Virus record (IMG/VR): IMGVR_UViG_3300044701_003953
Coordinates: 1 to 64,000 of that record
Reading direction: 5' to 3' (one strand)
DNA length: 64,000 bases
Positions 27,464 through 38,700 of the stretch are shown here, piece after piece (position 1 is the stretch's first letter; every line of letters starts with the position of its first letter). A model generated the notes under the pieces. The model was not told the origin of the DNA and ran no database searches. It saw only the letters and a list, made by a program, of their open reading frames with translations. Position numbers and translations under genes: made by a program.

Positions 27464-27732
27464 CCACAAAGGTGTGCCAGTGTTATATACTGCTCGATCT
27501 GGACCAATCTCTCGTCCGTTTTGGCTCGCAACTCCTCCAAACGGTTCGTTTCCCGGTGTAAACGGCGGCATTCTACCTCCTCCCGGCTTATTTCGGTAAG
27601 CAAGGCTTCCACGTTTTTATACATACGACCTAGATCCATCCGTGATTGCGGATTCTGGATGCTAGAGATCTGTATCCAAATTTGGTTGGCTCGTTGGCGC
27701 AGTTCTTCGGGCATGTTGACAGTATATAGCAT
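27460..27732 (-). CDS. Hypothetical coiled-coil protein (90 aa)
   Basis: ORF track; helical composition; start could be the downstream ATG (MPEEL). Confidence 0.55.
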   Translation of the reverse strand: MLYTVNMPEELRQRANQIWIQISSIQNPQSRMDLGRMYKNVEALLTEISREEVECRRLHRETNRLEELRAKTDERLVQIEQYITLAHLCG

Positions 27733-27779
27733 TTCGCGGCAAACGCCAAATCACTAAATACTAGATAAGAGGACTCGAA

Positions 27780-28946
27780 ATGCCCAGATTAAGCCTTTGG
27801 AAAGACGGTAAAAAGACTAACGATTACAAGTTCATGGATAAGCGTATCCACGAGATGTTCACCGTTGGCGGCACTGGCATCAATGTCCACAAATACCTGG
27901 GACCGATCGATCAGGGCGACACCGGCGATGCTACTAAACCCAGTTATCTGAATCAGAGTGAGCAAAACATCCAGGACTTGCTATTCGTAGAAAACCGCGA
28001 TCGCAAGTATGATTCCGATGTGTATAACATGCGTGGTATCTACAATCGCGGGGATCAGGATTTTGATCTCAGCCAATTTGGTATCTTCTTGAGTGCCGGT
28101 ACCACATTCATGGTGTTCCATTACAACGACATGATCGAGACACTGGGCCGCAAACTCATAGCCGGCGACGTGCTTGAGTTCATGCACTTACGCGACGATC
28201 ATCCCCTAGACGACGATGTTCCTGCTGCACTAAAAAGATACTATGTAGTGGGAGATGCCAGTTTTGCCGCTGAGGGTTTTACCCCCACTTGGTGGCCACA
28301 TCTATGGCGTGTGAAACTCAATCCGTTAGTAGACAGCCAAGAGTACAAAGACATACTTAACAAAATCAAAGTCGGAGATACAGATACCCCCATCGCCGAC
28401 ATACTCAGTACCTATGACAAGTATCTAGGCATCAATGATGCTGTGATCGAACAGGCCGAGTCCGAAGTTCCGGCATCAGGTTACGACACCAGCACATTAT
28501 TGCTGCCTAGAGCTGCAGGAGAGCCTACAGGAGTCACTGCCGACAGCGGCAAATCGGTAGAAGAACTCAATGACGTTGGTAATGCTACTGCCGACTCGGC
28601 GCCTACAACGATCTACAAAAAACCCACTGGTTATCTTACCAGTGACGGGCTCGCACCCAATGGTGAAAATATCTCGGCTGGAATCAGTTTTCCCGAATCG
28701 CCGATCGAAGGAAACTATTTCTTGAGACTGGATTATCTTCCAAATCGTTTGTTTAGGTACAACGGTTCGCGTTGGGTCAAAGTCGAAGATGCTGTACGCA
28801 CATCATTGACTAATAATTCTGACGACAACAAAACTCTTCGTGCCTCGTTTACACATAATACCAGCACATACAACGATCTCAACGGAGATACCATGCCAGT
28901 CAAACAAAGCCTATCTAAGGCATTTACTCCTAAGGCCGATAACTAA
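27780..28946 (+). CDS. gp14: Neck protein (gp14-like)
   Basis: DLLFVENRDRKY, FDLSQFG, LIAGDVLE; TAAATA at 27755-27760; precedes gp15. Confidence 0.75.
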   Translation: MPRLSLWKDGKKTNDYKFMDKRIHEMFTVGGTGINVHKYLGPIDQGDTGDATKPSYLNQSEQNIQDLLFVENRDRKYDSDVYNMRGIYNRGDQDFDLSQFGIFLSAGTTFMVFHYNDMIETLGRKLIAGDVLEFMHLRDDHPLDDDVPAALKRYYVVGDASFAAEGFTPTWWPHLWRVKLNPLVDSQEYKDILNKIKVGDTDTPIADILSTYDKYLGINDAVIEQAESEVPASGYDTSTLLLPRAAGEPTGVTADSGKSVEELNDVGNATADSAPTTIYKKPTGYLTSDGLAPNGENISAGISFPESPIEGNYFLRLDYLPNRLFRYNGSRWVKVEDAVRTSLTNNSDDNKTLRASFTHNTSTYNDLNGDTMPVKQSLSKAFTPKADN

Positions 28947-30376
28947 TGAGCCACCCAAACTTTTTCTACGACGGTCAGATACGACGATTTATCATGCAGT
29001 TCATACGCATGGTATCTAATTTTTACGTGGAGTTCGGCCAAGACCGAGATGGAAACCTAAGCCTGCAACGTGTACCTGTGATCTACGGAGATCAAAGTCG
29101 GCAAGCTGCACAGATACTTCGTGGTAATTCAGAAAACGCTTTACCGTCAGTGCCAGCAATGGCCGTATATGTTTCCGGACTCGACTACGACCGAGAAAGA
29201 GTGCAAGAGCCCAGTCATGTCAGTAAGATAAGCCTAAGGCAACAAAGGTATGATCCCGATACCGGGAACTATGATCCTACCCGTAGTGATTCGTTTACGG
29301 TAGAACGCATCATGCCGGTCCCGTATCGACTTACCCTCAAGCTCGATATCTGGACTTCTAATACCGAGCAGAAATTACAACTCATTGAGCAAATCGCCAC
29401 CTTGTTTAATCCTGCGCTAGAAATACAAAGTACTGATAATTATATCGACTGGACATCATTGAGCGCAGTATTCTTAACAGGTACCAATTGGGACTCAAGA
29501 GTAGTGCCAATGGGCAATGATGAACCCATCAGCATTTCAACATTGACTTTTGAATTGCCGATTTGGATTTCTGCTCCGGCCAAGGTACAAAAACTCGGAG
29601 TAGTGTACAAAATCATCAATTCTATCTACGACGCCGACGGCAATATCGCAAAAACCGTGTTCGATGACGAAAGTTATCTCTCTCGTCGAGTGATAGCACC
29701 ATTTGGTTTCAAGGTAGTCTATATCGGAGATAAAGTAACTTTGGTCAAAAACAGTACTGTGGTCAATGGAGAAGAGCATCCCGAGGTAGCCACGAGTTGG
29801 AAAACTCTCATCGACTACTACGGTGAACTAAAAGATGGACTCAGCGAACTACGCCTAAGACATTTTGACTCAAACTTTGAGTTGATAGGACATGTTAGTT
29901 ACAATCCTTTAGACGAAAGCCAACTGATATTCAACCTCGATCCCGACTCAGCGCCTGTTAATACTTTGACTAATGTGCATGCGATAATCGATCCTTATAC
30001 TATCAACTTAGATAAGCCAATTGGTCGCAGACCACAATATGCCAATCCTCCTGGTGAGCCCGAGCACCCACTTTATCGCATTTTCGTCACGGCGCCAGAA
30101 ATCGGAGATAGATTTTTAATATTGAATCCAATTGGTAGTCTAGACAACACTCAAGCCGCTGAAGTGTGGGCGGACCCAAATTTTGTCGCCGAAGCCAATG
30201 ATATCATTGAGTGGAATGGATCTACATGGCGTGTAGTATTCCATAGCCAGCGAGAATCAAACACCCAGTATGTAACGAACTTAAATACTGGCGTACAGTA
30301 TAGATGGTATCAAGGATCATGGGCCAAGAGCACAGAAGGAATATATCAAGAAGGCGAGTGGAGCATCGTAATCTAG
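28946..30376 (+). CDS. gp15: Tail sheath stabiliser / tail terminator (gp15-like) with C-terminal extension
   Basis: FFYDGQIRRFI, RVPVIYG, PVPYRL, QKLQLIEQI..LFNP. Confidence 0.8.
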   Translation: MSHPNFFYDGQIRRFIMQFIRMVSNFYVEFGQDRDGNLSLQRVPVIYGDQSRQAAQILRGNSENALPSVPAMAVYVSGLDYDRERVQEPSHVSKISLRQQRYDPDTGNYDPTRSDSFTVERIMPVPYRLTLKLDIWTSNTEQKLQLIEQIATLFNPALEIQSTDNYIDWTSLSAVFLTGTNWDSRVVPMGNDEPISISTLTFELPIWISAPAKVQKLGVVYKIINSIYDADGNIAKTVFDDESYLSRRVIAPFGFKVVYIGDKVTLVKNSTVVNGEEHPEVATSWKTLIDYYGELKDGLSELRLRHFDSNFELIGHVSYNPLDESQLIFNLDPDSAPVNTLTNVHAIIDPYTINLDKPIGRRPQYANPPGEPEHPLYRIFVTAPEIGDRFLILNPIGSLDNTQAAEVWADPNFVAEANDIIEWNGSTWRVVFHSQRESNTQYVTNLNTGVQYRWYQGSWAKSTEGIYQEGEWSIVI

Positions 30377-30834
30377 AGAGTTGCGGTGCTCTAATCTATT
30401 GCGTTCCAACGAAAAGATATTTGTTTTTGTTACGAAACCATGACCGACATGAAGGTTCGTGGGGATTAGTCGGCGGCAAAATCGAAAAAGACGAAACTGT
30501 TGTTGACGGTCTACGTAGAGAAATCCAAGAAGAAATTGGTGAAGTTGACTACAAAAAAATAATACCCATCGAAAAGTTCACTAGCGACAACGAAAGATTC
30601 TTCTTTCACACTTTCCTTATTCCAGTCAAAGACGAATTTGTTCCTAAATTAAATAGCGAACACAGAGGCTATTGTTGGGTAGGCATAAAAGATTACCCCC
30701 GGCCGTTACATCCGGGGGTATGGCGTAGTTTTAAATTTGATTCCGTGATAGCAAAACTATCAACTATGGAATCTGTGTTAGCCGATGTCGGCTTCCAAGA
30801 CAAACTCACGAGTGGAAACAGTACGGAAGTTTGA
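30358..30834 (+). CDS. Nudix hydrolase
   Basis: Nudix box GGKIEKDETVVDGLRREIQEEIG; GTG start chosen (track starts at 30304). Confidence 0.85.
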   Translation: MEHRNLESCGALIYCVPTKRYLFLLRNHDRHEGSWGLVGGKIEKDETVVDGLRREIQEEIGEVDYKKIIPIEKFTSDNERFFFHTFLIPVKDEFVPKLNSEHRGYCWVGIKDYPRPLHPGVWRSFKFDSVIAKLSTMESVLADVGFQDKLTSGNSTEV

Positions 30835-31455
30835 TAACGATTTCCATTCTGTTGGCACATAACCATCGGCACTGAAACCCTGTACTAATACAAAGTCTAC
30901 CTCAGGATAAGTCTCCATAACAAGCTTCATAGATTGCGCCCAGAATGGACGATCGGGGTCAGCTTCGCATCCTAATAGATAAACTTTACTATGTCCATCA
31001 AAACAGGCCATGTAAGCAGCAATGGCGCCCGAGTTCCAGGCTGGATCTTGTGGTACCAGATAGAACTTGCCGGGATAGTCTAAGACGTTGCCAGCGTTGG
31101 TGTAAACGATGTGATTCTTGCAATAGCCGCTCTTGGCTACTGTCTGGGCATTTTCTCGGCCGACTACTACCAGGAAATCAACTTCGATGTCTTTGTAGAC
31201 ATCATTGCAACCATAGGTCTGTAGTTTGCTCTCGCCCAGGATACCACCTTTGTGGTTCTTGATCAAGCGTAGATCAAATTTCTTGGCTGTATCACCACCA
31301 CCGATCACGATGGCTTGGCTGGTTAAGTGGTTGTTGAACACATTGTTGGGCACCCACTCGCGCTCGTATTGTTGATCATTACCGGATACTGTCATCTGTG
31401 TCGTGACTTCTTCACCGGTGTAAGTGGCACGATATTTTTGTTCAATTTTAAACAT
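30778..31455 (-). CDS. Hypothetical protein, Rossmann-like (MptE/Maf- or glycosyltransferase-like)
   Basis: AIVIGGG, YGCN, DFLV, NSGAIAA, VYLLG pattern. Confidence 0.5.
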   Translation of the reverse strand: MFKIEQKYRATYTGEEVTTQMTVSGNDQQYEREWVPNNVFNNHLTSQAIVIGGGDTAKKFDLRLIKNHKGGILGESKLQTYGCNDVYKDIEVDFLVVVGRENAQTVAKSGYCKNHIVYTNAGNVLDYPGKFYLVPQDPAWNSGAIAAYMACFDGHSKVYLLGCEADPDRPFWAQSMKLVMETYPEVDFVLVQGFSADGYVPTEWKSLSNFRTVSTREFVLEADIG

Positions 31456-31540
31456 AGTTGGCTAGCTCCAAAAGTCTATACTACTACTTATCAAAAATCT
31501 CCAAGATCAGCCCGGGTGGGCTGTGAAATCTCACTATTCG

Positions 31541-33895
31541 TTAAAACGGTTCCATGGTTGGTATGTCGGCCGCCGTCAAGATCGTGTTCGAGAATATGAA
31601 ACTGTCCATGTATCCACGCAGTTTATTGGCCGATGCTGTGCCGGTGTTGAATGTTATATAATCCACGGTATAGTTGTTATTCGCATAGAACCAACCACTA
31701 CCCCATCTGGTCCAATCCTGACCGCCATAGGCGGCTCCCAGCGTATGCGTCAATGTCCTACTGCTGTTGTATATCCTTGACTGTATGACCGTGGTGTTGG
31801 CCTCGTGGAAAAACTCTATCCAGTTCCAACTATTTGACGATGGCACCGCGGTACCATAAGTCCTGTCGTCGCCGGCGCCAGCACCGTCCCAGGAAAATCT
31901 TGGATAGGCTGTAGAACCATTGAATGTGAGGTATGCGTTCATTATCTCGTTGCTGTTAGTGACGCCATTACGATAAAATCCCACCACTGGGAGATTGAGT
32001 AATGTCGTAGTTGAGTTGAACCACCAGCCCACATACCATGTCGATGATTTGAACCCCATACCCCTTGGGCTGATATCGACCATGACATAGTTGGTGCCAA
32101 TAGTGGGATTGCTGAAAAATATGCTGTTGCCGGTACCGCCGTAGACTGTGTTAGTAGAACCTTGGATGGAAAGATTGTTGCCACCATCGGCACCAATGGT
32201 ATAGACTCCATGAGCATAACTGCTGGAATCAGTGAAGGTGGTTCCAGAGGCGGCGCCATAGAGCTTGACAAGGTATGGTTTTAACTGTATCGCGGCCACT
32301 GTAAGGCTAAATGTGCGCGGACTGTCTTGATTTTCGGCATCGGTGGCCACTACCGTAAAACTGTAAGTGGTCTCTGAAATGATGCCAGTGACTGTGCCTG
32401 ACAGCACGCCTGCCGATGTTAGTGTCACGCCTGCGGGCAACGACGATCCTGCGGCCAAAGCATAGGAAGTCGCGCCAGTGGCAGATAGTTGGATACTGAA
32501 GGCTTGATCTACCATTTGGCTGGTTAATGTGCCGGATGTGACCCAAGTTGGTGTTGATGAGAAAGTCACTCCATTGGGTTTCATGGCCAGGCCACCATCG
32601 GGGTTATTTAGATAGACCATGTAGGAGCCAGCTGCGGTGGCAGGGACCTGTGCTCTGACTGCTGTACCGGACACGAATGTGGTTGATGTGGCTAGTGTGT
32701 CTCCGATCAGTACTTGGCATCCCGACACGAAACCCGAGCCGTTGAGTTTGATATATCCACCTGCGGTATCCACTGCGGTGTCGTCTAGCACCGTCCCCGA
32801 CGAGTCAGTGACTTCTACGGAACTGATCTTGGGCGGAAGTGCTGAGTTGGCATTTTGTATGATGACGGCATTGATAGATCCGGCACTGGTCGCTGCTACT
32901 GCGATCGTTCCAGCAGGGTTCACTATTAATGCCGACGGATTGGGATTAGACTCTGTGACCGGCGGCACGAAAGCGATAGAACCGGTGGTGTCGTCTGTTT
33001 TGATCTGAGCGCCACCAAGATCGATGGTACTGCCGCTCAAGTAAAGATCTCGCCAGCGATATGACGATGATCCAATGTCGTAAGTGACATCAGTGGCAGG
33101 AATGATGTCTTGATCTACTGCCGAAAGATCAACAGCAGAAGCAGCAGATGCCAGGACTTGTGCTCGTATGTAACCTGTAGTAGTGTCAGAGCCCAGCGTG
33201 ATACGATTCACACGAACTGACACATTGGCGCTGGTTCCTGTGCCTTGTAGAACGATGTTGCCACCGGAAATAGTAGTGCCGATCGTGACTACATCTTGCG
33301 CACTGTCGCTGAGTAGCACACCGTATTCAATCTCGGTGATAGTAGTGCCGTTGGTGACAGCATCTACTGTGGAAGTCTTGTGATATCCGCCAACATTGTC
33401 AGTGGCCGATATCAACCAACGCACAGTGGTCACGCCCGAGGCCGAAAATGAGTCGATAGTGGCCGGGCTGTCACTGATGTCTACTGCTTTGACATAGACG
33501 TTGCTGTTTTCTAGATTGGGGACAAATGTGAGTTCGGTGCTGCCAATGGTGATGGGGTCAGCTGTGGTCAGCTTCCAGATCGAACTAGAGTGTAGCGTGC
33601 CTTCAGTGACTGTGAGTATGAGCCCCGACGATACTTCGGCGTTTTCGTTGGCGTCTAGGGCGCGGGTCCAAGAGCCGTTACTGCCTGATCCCAAAGTAGA
33701 AACAAAATAGATACCGTTCTCTGTGGCGTCAGTCTGACCTGTGACCAGAACACGGTCATTGACTTGTAGATTTACGCCATCGACCGTGGCCGGTGTTCCA
33801 CCTGATAGTGTTACATTCGATGTAGTGGCTACACGACAACTGCTTTTAAAGTCTGATTCTTGCAGTTGGTTAAAGCGAGGTCTGGTTAATCCCAT
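31541..33895 (-). CDS. Tail fibre/virion protein with IPT/TIG and putative Ig domains and a lectin-like C-terminus
   Basis: N-terminal CRVATTSNVTLSG..IDG fibre module; GGYIKLNGSGF..VRAQVP..VYLNNPDG; LPAGVTLTSAGVLSGT. Confidence 0.7.
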   Translation of the reverse strand: MGLTRPRFNQLQESDFKSSCRVATTSNVTLSGGTPATVDGVNLQVNDRVLVTGQTDATENGIYFVSTLGSGSNGSWTRALDANENAEVSSGLILTVTEGTLHSSSIWKLTTADPITIGSTELTFVPNLENSNVYVKAVDISDSPATIDSFSASGVTTVRWLISATDNVGGYHKTSTVDAVTNGTTITEIEYGVLLSDSAQDVVTIGTTISGGNIVLQGTGTSANVSVRVNRITLGSDTTTGYIRAQVLASAASAVDLSAVDQDIIPATDVTYDIGSSSYRWRDLYLSGSTIDLGGAQIKTDDTTGSIAFVPPVTESNPNPSALIVNPAGTIAVAATSAGSINAVIIQNANSALPPKISSVEVTDSSGTVLDDTAVDTAGGYIKLNGSGFVSGCQVLIGDTLATSTTFVSGTAVRAQVPATAAGSYMVYLNNPDGGLAMKPNGVTFSSTPTWVTSGTLTSQMVDQAFSIQLSATGATSYALAAGSSLPAGVTLTSAGVLSGTVTGIISETTYSFTVVATDAENQDSPRTFSLTVAAIQLKPYLVKLYGAASGTTFTDSSSYAHGVYTIGADGGNNLSIQGSTNTVYGGTGNSIFFSNPTIGTNYVMVDISPRGMGFKSSTWYVGWWFNSTTTLLNLPVVGFYRNGVTNSNEIMNAYLTFNGSTAYPRFSWDGAGAGDDRTYGTAVPSSNSWNWIEFFHEANTTVIQSRIYNSSRTLTHTLGAAYGGQDWTRWGSGWFYANNNYTVDYITFNTGTASANKLRGYMDSFIFSNTILTAADIPTMEPF

Positions 33896-33953
33896 GTGCG
33901 AAATCCGTTTTTATCGTGTATTTATGCTGTTGCTGGATTGTGACAACGGCCAA

Positions 33954-33979
33954 CAAAAAAGGGCCGGAGCCCTTTTTTG
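33954..33979. terminator. Bidirectional terminator
   Basis: caaaaaagggc-cgga-gcccttttttg. Confidence 0.75.
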
Positions 33980-33996
33980 CTTGATGCTGAGTTTGA

Positions 33997-35664
33997 TTAA
34001 TAGCGACCAACTGCTACTTCGATCACACCGCTCTGACCATCAAAGTTGGCCAGTGCTTTACCAATGATCTGACCCACTTTGGGATCACGAGCCACTGTGG
34101 CGTGTCCGTTACCGGAAGCTACCAAGATGTCGCCTTTGCGTACAGAACCTGTTACCTTGCAAGGAACACGACCTGTGAATGCTACTGCGACAACATTCGT
34201 ACCTTTGAGACCAGCGTTCATCAAGAAGCCAGGTGCTGTGGAAACCACACCAGCTACGCGAGTGGAACCTGGAGCAGCGACTGTGACTTCTTCGGCGCCG
34301 CCAAACTCAACTACTGTGCCAGCGTCATAGGCCTTGTCAGCAATATAGTTCTCTGCCAAGTCAGCGTATTTGGCTGTAGTCGCTTCGCCATCAAATGTGG
34401 TAGCGTAAACAGTACCAAACTTGTTGTTGCTTTGACCGATGTTGCCTGTGCCGTCTGTGCCGGCTTTGACGATGTCAGTGATCTCGATACCTGTGGCGGC
34501 ATCGGAACCGTCTGTGAACTTCATCTTACCGCTGCTGTTTGTTTGCTTAATAGCAGAAGCACCCGAACCAGTACCAATCTGAGACGAAGCAGCAACAACT
34601 TTCTTCAGGTTGTTGGAACTGTCTTTGATCTCAACGTCACCATTGGCATCTTTAGAGATCTTTGTACCGCCTAGGTTGATAGTAGAACCTGCTAGATACA
34701 AGTCACGGAAACGATATGTTGCCGAACCTAGGTCATAGGTTTCAGTCACTGTTGGTGTCAAGTTACCAGCGATAGTTGTGTTGCCGGGCAGAGCCGAAGC
34801 GTCACCTAGCACGCTGTAGTTTGTACCATCTGTGGTAAATTCCCACTTGTCAGAAGTTTCGTTCCAACGGATCTGTACAGCGGGGTCGTCGCCACGCAAG
34901 ACACGCAGACCAGCGTTCTGGCTTGGAGAACCTGTCGTGACATCGCTGTTGAGGTCGATGATGTTGTCAGCTACGCTCAATGTTGATGTGTTGACTGTGG
35001 TAGTAGTACCAGAAATAGTCAAGTTACCTGTGACTACCATGTCGTCGTCGATGCGTACTACACCTGTACCATTGGCTGTGACTGTGAGGTCTGTGTTTGT
35101 GGTTTTACTGGTTACGCTGTCGGTCTTGATACCAACTGCGATGTTAACAGCGTTACCATCACTGTTAGTGATGTTTGTGCCGGCTTCAATCTGTAGTGTA
35201 CCTTTGACGAGAACCACACCTGTGCCAACTGGATCAAGTTCTAGGTTACCCGAACCCGAAGTCTGGAATACCAGGTTTTGGTTAGCATCAGCTGAAACAA
35301 CGATGTTACCCGAATCTTCTTGCAGAACTTTCTGACCATTAACGTACAAAGATCCAGGACCGACGTAAACGTCTCGCCACTGTAGATCTGCGCTACCTAG
35401 GTCATAGGTTTGGTCTGTGTTGGGCAACATAGCGTTGCCGGTGAATACTACCGCACGAGTTCCGTCAATGATGACATCGACGTTGGAGCCTGTGCCTGTG
35501 TCGTTGATAGCGATAGTACTGTTGTTTTTGCTGATGCTGGATACGGCGATGTTACCGCCGAAAGAAACAGCACCTGCTGTTGAGCTGATCGTACCTGTCG
35601 AGGCATCGATCGATAATGGTCCAATCTGGATACCATTCTTTACTACGAAAAAGCTGCTTGCCAT
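33997..35664 (-). CDS. Tail fibre protein with C-terminal YADLAE (chaperone/peptidase-like) domain
   Basis: KYADLAENY..YDAGTVV, GVVSTAPGFLMN, GRVPCKV, IIGKAL. Confidence 0.75.
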   Translation of the reverse strand: MASSFFVVKNGIQIGPLSIDASTGTISSTAGAVSFGGNIAVSSISKNNSTIAINDTGTGSNVDVIIDGTRAVVFTGNAMLPNTDQTYDLGSADLQWRDVYVGPGSLYVNGQKVLQEDSGNIVVSADANQNLVFQTSGSGNLELDPVGTGVVLVKGTLQIEAGTNITNSDGNAVNIAVGIKTDSVTSKTTNTDLTVTANGTGVVRIDDDMVVTGNLTISGTTTTVNTSTLSVADNIIDLNSDVTTGSPSQNAGLRVLRGDDPAVQIRWNETSDKWEFTTDGTNYSVLGDASALPGNTTIAGNLTPTVTETYDLGSATYRFRDLYLAGSTINLGGTKISKDANGDVEIKDSSNNLKKVVAASSQIGTGSGASAIKQTNSSGKMKFTDGSDAATGIEITDIVKAGTDGTGNIGQSNNKFGTVYATTFDGEATTAKYADLAENYIADKAYDAGTVVEFGGAEEVTVAAPGSTRVAGVVSTAPGFLMNAGLKGTNVVAVAFTGRVPCKVTGSVRKGDILVASGNGHATVARDPKVGQIIGKALANFDGQSGVIEVAVGRY

Positions 35665-35695
35665 AGTTCCATATCTCCCTTCTGGCTTTTATTAT

Positions 35696-35725
35696 AAACA
35701 CGGGTGGAACCTACCACCCGTGTTT
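35696..35725 (-). terminator. Hairpin/terminator after the repeat fibre gene
   Basis: aaacacgggtgg-aaccta-ccacccgtgttt, 12-bp stem. Confidence 0.65.
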
Positions 35726-35737
35726 GTTCTTGCTCAA

Positions 35738-38700
35738 TTAAGCCGCGATGTAATCTTGCTTGACTACTACGCTGACTGTTCCCGAAGCGGCTGTGTATTG
35801 TAACAATACATTAGCGCCCGAGATCGTTGCTGTGATAGTTCCCAGCGAACCGTTTGTTGCTACGTTGCCGTATTCAACAAATGTTGCTGTTGTACCGTTA
35901 TGTACTACCAACACTTCGCTGACCTCGTAGTCGCCGCCGGCTGTGGAAGCCTGGACGACATACTTGGCGCTGCGATATGTGGCTTTGGCGAACGAGTCAA
36001 CAGTTGTAGCTGTTGTTGTCGCGCTTGTCGCGGCTGCTGTTGTTACGAAAGCACCGTTGGCAATTACTTTGGTTGTGTTAGCACCACCAGTGTACAGCTC
36101 TAATGCTGTGTCTGTTGGGCGGAACTCAAAGTCACCATTGACGCTGGCAACACCCGAAATCGTGGATGTTGTCTGCAGACGGCGCACATCGATCACATCA
36201 CCGTTCTCAGGGGCTTCTGTGAATGTCAGTGTTGTGCCCGAGATCGAGTAGGACACTGTTGGGATCTGGACCACACCGTTGATTGCTACGATAGCGCCAG
36301 CAGTCGTGATCGAGTCGGCCAGTGTAAAGGCTGTCGTAGATCCGTCACCGTTGAAGCTTTCTGCGGAAATGACTGTGAAATCACCGCCGATGTTTCTCCA
36401 CTGTGTACCTGTGTACAGTTCAGCACTGCCAGTTGTGGAGTTGTAACGAATCATACCAGCTGCGCCAGTTGCGGGACGCTCTGCTGTAGTACCTGCGGGG
36501 ATCATCATAGAGTCTGTGCCAAGTACTGCTAGTTTAGCACCAACTACTAGATCACCGGCTGTACCGTCACCACCAATGATGACTTGGTCGTATGTGGCAT
36601 CAGCAACAGAACGGAACAGACCTGCATCTGTGACACCGCTGTGGATGATGTTGTCACCGGCTGTTTGTGCCGAGTTGACTGTGAGGCTTTCGATATCCAG
36701 GTCTGTGGCAGAAACATCAGCTAATGTAGCAGAACCGCTAGCGTCCAGTGTTGTGAAAGCACCAGTGCTGGCTGTTGTAGCACCAACGGGTGTGCCGTCA
36801 ATAGCACCGCCACTGATCTGTGCGTCGCTGAACGAGCTTGTGCCTGTGGATGTTACATCACCTGTCAAGTCACCAGTTACGTTACCTGTGACATTACCTG
36901 TCAAGTCACCAGTTACATCACCAGTTACATCACCAGTTACATCACCTGTCAAGTCACCAGTTACGTTACCAGTCACGTTACCTGTTACGTTACCTGTCAA
37001 GTCACCAGTTACATCGCCTGTTACGTCACCTGTTACGTCGCCAGTTACATCACCAGTTAAATCACCTGTGAAGCCAGCTGAAGCAGAAACTGTTGTGAAA
37101 GCACCAGTGGATGCTGAGTTCGCGCCGATCGCTGTGCCATCGATGTTACCGCCGTTGATGTCAACGGTAGCAAATGTGGATGTACCAGAACTTGTTACGT
37201 CGCCTGTTAGGTCACCTGTTACGTTACCAGTTACGTTACCAGTTACATTACCTGTCAGGTCGCCAGTTACATTACCTGTCACGTTACCAGTCAAATCGCC
37301 TGTTACGTCACCAGTTAGGTCACCTGTTACGTTACCAGTTACATTACCAGTTAGGTCACCTGTCACGTTACCTGTAACATTACCAGTTACATTACCTGTC
37401 AAGTCACCAGTTACATCGCCTGTTACGTCGCCTGTCAAGTCGCCAGTTACATTACCTGTGACATTACCTGTCAGGTCGCCAGTTACGTTACCTGTTACGT
37501 TACCTGTCAAGTCACCAGTTACATCACCAGTAAATGTGGCGTTTGTACCATCGGTGCCATTTTCAAGGATTTTGCTTGTGCCGTTGCTTGCGTAGATATC
37601 GCCAGTTACGTCACCTGTTACATTACCTGTGACATTACCTGTCAGGTCACCTGTTACATCACCGGTTACATCGCCAGTTAAGTCGCCTGTGACATTACCA
37701 GTTACATTACCTGTTAAGTCGCCTGTGACATTACCAGTTACGTTACCTGTGACATCACCAGTTAGATCGCCTGTGACATCAGCAACGATATCTTTGTTAA
37801 AGTCCCATGTATCAGAAGCACTGTTGTATGTGATTGTTGCGTTAGCGCCATCAACTGTCAGGCCAGCACCGTTAGCGGCTGTAGCATTGGCAGCACCTTT
37901 GGCTACTGTGATGTTAAGGTCAGCGATGTCAACCTGTGTGGAGTTGACTGATGTCACAGTACCTTGTACTGTCAGGTCACCACCAACTACCAGATCGCCA
38001 CCAATGTTGGTGTCGCCACCAATACCAGCACCACCAGCGACCACTAAAGCACCTGTAGAGCTGTCTGTGGAAGCAGTTGTGTCTGTGATCTCAACAGCAA
38101 CAGCGGATGTTGTTAATGTTTCGGCAAATGTTGTTGTCAGTGTACCATCAACTGTGACTTCGATGTCGCCGGCGTTAGTACCATCGTCATTGATGATGAC
38201 GCTTGTGTCGTCTTCGATGATGCGGTCACCACCAGCACTGATCTTGCCGTCAACGTAGGCCTTTGTGGCTGCGTCTGTGTTGTCTGTAGGTGTGCCTACG
38301 TTAGTGATCTTGTTGGCACCAGCATCGATAGTGGAAGTAGCGTCAAATGTTGTGTCGCCCAGTGTAGTAGAAGCAGCGGAAGCATCAACTGTACCAGTGA
38401 ATGTGCTTGTACCAGCGGATGTGATATCGCCAGTTACATCGCCAGTTACATCACCAGTTAGGTCGCCTGTTACGTTACCAGTCACGTTACCTGTCAAATC
38501 GCCGGTTACGTCGCCTGTTAGGTCGCCTGTGATCGTTCCACTTGCTGTGATGTCATTGAATGAGCTTGTGCCGGAACTTGTAACATCACCAGTCAAATCG
38601 CCAGTCACGTTACCTGTAACATTACCAGTTACATTACCTGTCAAGTCACCAGTTACATCGCCTGTTACGTCACCTGTTAAGTCACCTGTGAAACCAGCTG